From assembly GCA_963701965.1 (NCBI GenBank), contig OY969695.1, forward strand, positions 3,968,001 to 4,032,000: a stretch of 64,000 bases of DNA, in the 5' to 3' direction. The stretch comes from an uncultured Gemmatimonadales bacterium. Lineage in GTDB: Bacteria > Gemmatimonadota > Gemmatimonadetes > Gemmatimonadales > Gemmatimonadaceae. Below, piece after piece: positions 60,653 through 64,000 of this stretch (positions within the stretch are counted from its first letter, which is position 1; each line of letters opens with the position of its first letter). The notes under the pieces were generated by a model. The model was not told the DNA's origin and ran no database searches. It saw only the letters and a program-made list of their open reading frames with translations. The translations under genes and the position numbers were made by a program.

Positions 60653-61111
60653 CTACGTCGAGGGTCCATGTAGTCGCACACGATCGAGGGCAAGCGTCAG
60701 GGGGCCGTCAGCCGTACCGTGCGGTGTTGAAGGATCCTGGCGCCCTGATCGAAGGCCCAAATTGCATTTGGTGAGTCGGCGCCGCAAATTTTCATCGCTT
60801 CGACATCAGCCCGACGGAATCAGTCTGGTCCCACTCAGCCCGCCAGCTGTTAAGACCGCATACAGTCAACGCGATTCGGCCGCAACACGGTCAAACTGTA
60901 CATGGTCATCTCAGCCGATTTTGAGACACGGGGCCGCGTCGCCACGCGCGATGTAACAATGTCGCGCGCCGTTCACCCGTCACGCGTGCAAATCCGTAGT
61001 GACGCGATCGGTGATATACGCGGCGCGAGCGTGGTCGCGGCGCTGGGATGACAAAGGAGCGATTGTGATGCGGCGCCGGTCGATGGCGCCGGCGTCGGGC
61101 GACGAGCTGCG

Positions 61112-62128
61112 CTAGCGACGGAACTCGAGGAGGCGCTCGACGCCGATGCCGTCGGCCTCGCCCTGGAAATTCACGAGGACGCGGTGGCGCAGGACCGCAA
61201 GCGCCACGGAGCGAACATCGTCAATGTCCGGAATCGCGCGCCCATCCATCGCCGCGCGCGCCTTCGCCCCCAACACGAGATACTGCGACGCACGCGGACC
61301 CGCACCGTAGCTCACGTACTTGCGCACGTCCGGCGTCGCCTCGGCGGCCGCCGGCCGCGTCGAGCGCGCCAAGCGAACCGCGTACTGCACCACCGTCGGC
61401 GGCGCCGGCAACCGCCGCACCAAATGCTGCAACTCCGCCAGCTGCGTACCCCGCAACACCGGCGTCACCGACGCCGTGACGTCTCCCGTCGTCGTCTGTA
61501 CGATCGCCTCTTCTTCGTCCTTCGTCGGATAATCGACGCGCAACTCGAACATGAACCGATCGAGCTGCGCCTCCGGCAACGGATACGTGCCTTCCTGCTC
61601 GATCGGATTCTGCGTCGCCAACACGAAGAACGGCGCCGGCAACGCCCGCGTCTCCCCCGCCGTCGTCACCGTATGCTCCTGCATCGCCTGCAGCAACGCC
61701 GCCTGCGTCTTCGGCGGCGCCCGATTGATCTCATCCGCCAACACCACATTCGCGAACACCGGCCCCGGCATGAACCGGAACGCCCGCCGCCCCGTGGCGT
61801 GATCCTCCTCCATCACCTCCGTCCCGGTGATGTCACTCGGCATGAGATCCGGCGTGAACTGCACGCGCGAGAACGACAGCTCGAGCGCCTGCGCCACCGT
61901 CTGCACCAACAACGTCTTGGCCAGCCCCGGCACACCCACGAGCAGCGCATGCCCACCCGCCAACAACGCCGCCACCAAATTGTCGACAATCTCGCGCTGA
62001 CCCACGATGCGCCGCCCAATCTGCTCGACCAACGCCCGCCGGCCTACGGCGAGACGCTCGAGCAATGCGACGTCCTGATCGTCGGGCATACTCCGCCCAT
62101 CACGCGCGACAACGGGTTGCGTGGCCAT
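61112..62128 (-). CDS. MoxR family AAA+ ATPase
   Basis: [65 protein letters not shown]. Confidence 0.93.
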   Translation of the reverse strand: MATQPVVARDGRSMPDDQDVALLERLAVGRRALVEQIGRRIVGQREIVDNLVAALLAGGHALLVGVPGLAKTLLVQTVAQALELSFSRVQFTPDLMPSDITGTEVMEEDHATGRRAFRFMPGPVFANVVLADEINRAPPKTQAALLQAMQEHTVTTAGETRALPAPFFVLATQNPIEQEGTYPLPEAQLDRFMFELRVDYPTKDEEEAIVQTTTGDVTASVTPVLRGTQLAELQHLVRRLPAPPTVVQYAVRLARSTRPAAAEATPDVRKYVSYGAGPRASQYLVLGAKARAAMDGRAIPDIDDVRSVALAVLRHRVLVNFQGEADGIGVERLLEFRR

Positions 62129-62223
62129 CGGCTAAAGATCGGCCGGGGGGCCGACAGAATGGAAGGGACCCGCCCGCAGTCGCTGCGCACGCGCGGGCGG
62201 CGCACCCCAGCGCCCGCCCAACA

Positions 62224-62730
62224 CTACGGGAGCGCGAACTCCGCCCGAGCCGTGCTCGGATAATTCGTGCTCGTCAGCGTCGCCACCGCCACCAGCGGCC
62301 CATGAATCACCGGATGCCGCCACTGCGCCGTGTACGACAACGACTCCCGCACATCCAACGGCTTGTTCCGCAGCGACTGCGTGAACATCTGCCCCGTACT
62401 CCAGCGCCACACCTCGCCACCCGCCGCATCGTACACGACCACGTCATACGTCTGACCACTCGGAAACGTCAGCTCGACCTTCCGCCCACCCGTGTTCGTC
62501 ACCGTGAGATTGAACTTCACATCCCCCGACCCGACCGCCACGTCGAGCGACGACTCCAACGAGATCGGCGGCTTCTTCGCCACCACGCCCCGCCCAATCC
62601 GCCCCGCCGACGCATACGGCGTCACCGACGCCGTGGCCAGCGACGGCGCCGCGGCCAGATGCGTTCGCGCAACTCCAATGTAGGCGATCGCCGCAGCGAC
62701 CAAGACAAACTGAATGAGACGGGCGTTCAT
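62224..62730 (-). CDS. Exported BsuPI-like (proteinase inhibitor-related) protein
   Basis: N-terminal signal/TM; LTFPSGQTYD..V.D..G.EVWRWS.GQMFTQ. Confidence 0.75.
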   Translation of the reverse strand: MNARLIQFVLVAAAIAYIGVARTHLAAAPSLATASVTPYASAGRIGRGVVAKKPPISLESSLDVAVGSGDVKFNLTVTNTGGRKVELTFPSGQTYDVVVYDAAGGEVWRWSTGQMFTQSLRNKPLDVRESLSYTAQWRHPVIHGPLVAVATLTSTNYPSTARAEFALP

Positions 62731-62946
62731 GAGTACGGTACGGTCGCGAGGCGACACGGGAAATCACGAATATGGTGTAAGCGAACTTATCAACACTTGC
62801 AAAAAGCGTCAAGACACATTACAGGCGCTAAGTCATAACACAATGGCTACTTGCCATGCAACCCCGCTCCAGCTTCGGCGTGCCTTCGGCGGATGAGCTG
62901 GCTTTGCTTGCGAAAGATTTCACAAGCCCGTAATTTCCCGCCGGCG

Positions 62947-63246
62947 ATGGGGGATCGGGACAAGCGAACCGTGGCGAACCCAACGGGAGCGGAAGACTCC
63001 CCGGAGTCGTCGCGCGGGACAGGGCCGGCTGCACTCGCCGGTGCGGGATTTGAATTCGCGGGTGCGATCCTGCTCGGACTCTTCGCCGGACAATGGTTGG
63101 ACAAAAAACTGGGCACCGCACCCTGGCTCCTCGTGCTCGGCGCATTCCTCGGCGCCGCAGCGGGATTCGTACAACTCATTCGCATCCTCACGACTGCCCA
63201 ACGCCGTGCAAAGTCACGCACGAATTCGCGTGATCTCCCGCGCTGA
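62947..63246 (+). CDS. AtpZ/AtpI family ATP synthase accessory protein
   Basis: G..FA..ILLG...G.WLD...GT.PW....G..LG..AG. Confidence 0.85.
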   Translation: MGDRDKRTVANPTGAEDSPESSRGTGPAALAGAGFEFAGAILLGLFAGQWLDKKLGTAPWLLVLGAFLGAAAGFVQLIRILTTAQRRAKSRTNSRDLPR

Positions 63247-63249
63247 ACT

Positions 63250-63618
63250 GTGAGCGCGATCACACGTCCGCGCACGTGGATGATCGCGCCGCTCCTCGGC
63301 GCCACCGTCATCGCGGGAATCGCATGCGCGCTCGCCGGATTCGTCTTCACGGGAGCCGACAGCCGACGCGCCGTCGCGATCTCCGCCGGCGTCGCCTTCG
63401 CCGTGCAGAGCGCCGGCTTCGCCATCGTCTGGCGCCTCAAACGCTGGAACATCATGGGCGCCTGGGGCCTCGCCGCCGGACTCCGGTTCCTGGCCCTCGC
63501 CGCCTATGGCCTGATCGCCGTCCGCACGCTCGCCCTCCCGGCAACCGCCGCACTGTTCAGTTTGGTGACATTCTTTTTCGTGACAACTTTGGCCGAACCG
63601 TGGCTCCTTCGACCATGA
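63250..63618 (+). CDS. AtpI-like four-TM membrane protein
   Basis: Four TM helices; position between atpZ-like gene and atpB. Confidence 0.7.
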   Translation: MSAITRPRTWMIAPLLGATVIAGIACALAGFVFTGADSRRAVAISAGVAFAVQSAGFAIVWRLKRWNIMGAWGLAAGLRFLALAAYGLIAVRTLALPATAALFSLVTFFFVTTLAEPWLLRP

Positions 63619-64000
63619 TGGCTCTCCGTAGAATCTCCCGCCTCGCCCTGGGCTTTGCCCTCGCCGCGTCGCTCGCTCCCGCCGCGCTCCGCGCGCAGGA
63701 ACCGCAAGCACCGGCCGCAAACCAGGACATCATCACCCCGCACATCACCGACTCCCACGAGCTGGACGTCCCGTGGCTGTCGCCCAGCACCGGCTATATC
63801 AAGGTGGTGCAGCTGCCCGAGTGGCCCCCGGTCCACGTCGGCCCGGTCACCCTCGACCTGTCCCCCACCAAGCACGTCGTCTTCCTGGTCCTCGCCGGTG
63901 TGCTCTGTATCGCCACCCTGCTCCCCGCCGCCTCGTGGCACCGCCGCCACCTCCAAGACCCGGGCACCCCCCGGGGCTTCGCCGGCGGCATCGAAGCCAT
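63615..64000 (+). CDS. atpB: F0 ATP synthase subunit a (partial)
   Basis: Manual translation: MMALRRISRLALGFALAASLAPAALRAQEPQ...DIITPHITDS...DLSPTKHVVFL...PRGFAGGIEA. Confidence 0.85.
   Translation, partial: MMALRRISRLALGFALAASLAPAALRAQEPQAPAANQDIITPHITDSHELDVPWLSPSTGYIKVVQLPEWPPVHVGPVTLDLSPTKHVVFLVLAGVLCIATLLPAASWHRRHLQDPGTPRGFAGGIEA

Overview
GC-rich bacterial chromosomal window. Gene content and order suggest Gemmatimonadota, which is an inference. It is dominated by a nearly complete type IVa pilus system in three blocks: pilB-pilT-pilC; pilS-pilR-[TMTC-like GT-C, GT2, two more TMTC-like GT-C]-pilA-pilMNOPQ; and fimU-pilV-pilW-giant pilX. These are interleaved with housekeeping genes (lptF/G, gcvT/gcvP, hslR, arfB, aroC/aroK, smg-topA-trmFO-xerC-hslVU-argF-bcp, mog, moxR, start of the atp operon). 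Two lower-GC inserts are present. One is a hipBA toxin-antitoxin pair with four regularly spaced palindromic operators. The other is a ~5 kb signalling island holding a structured leader, an unannotated 31-aa peptide gene with a strong RBS, a multi-TM HD-GYP phosphodiesterase and a convergent BTAD/AAA/TPR regulator. The two best candidates for an undescribed system are (1) a pilin O-glycosylation module of three eukaryote-TMTC-like transferases plus a polyprenol-P-sugar synthase wired into the pilSR-pilA locus, and (2) a peptide / membrane HD-GYP / c-di-GMP cassette that could plausibly act on the MshEN-bearing PilB. Three genes are frameshifted (gcvP, aroC, the BTAD regulator), two of them at the same 8-mer GCATTCTG, suggesting a motif-linked sequencing artefact. 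No rRNA, tRNA, CRISPR array or transposase was recognised.
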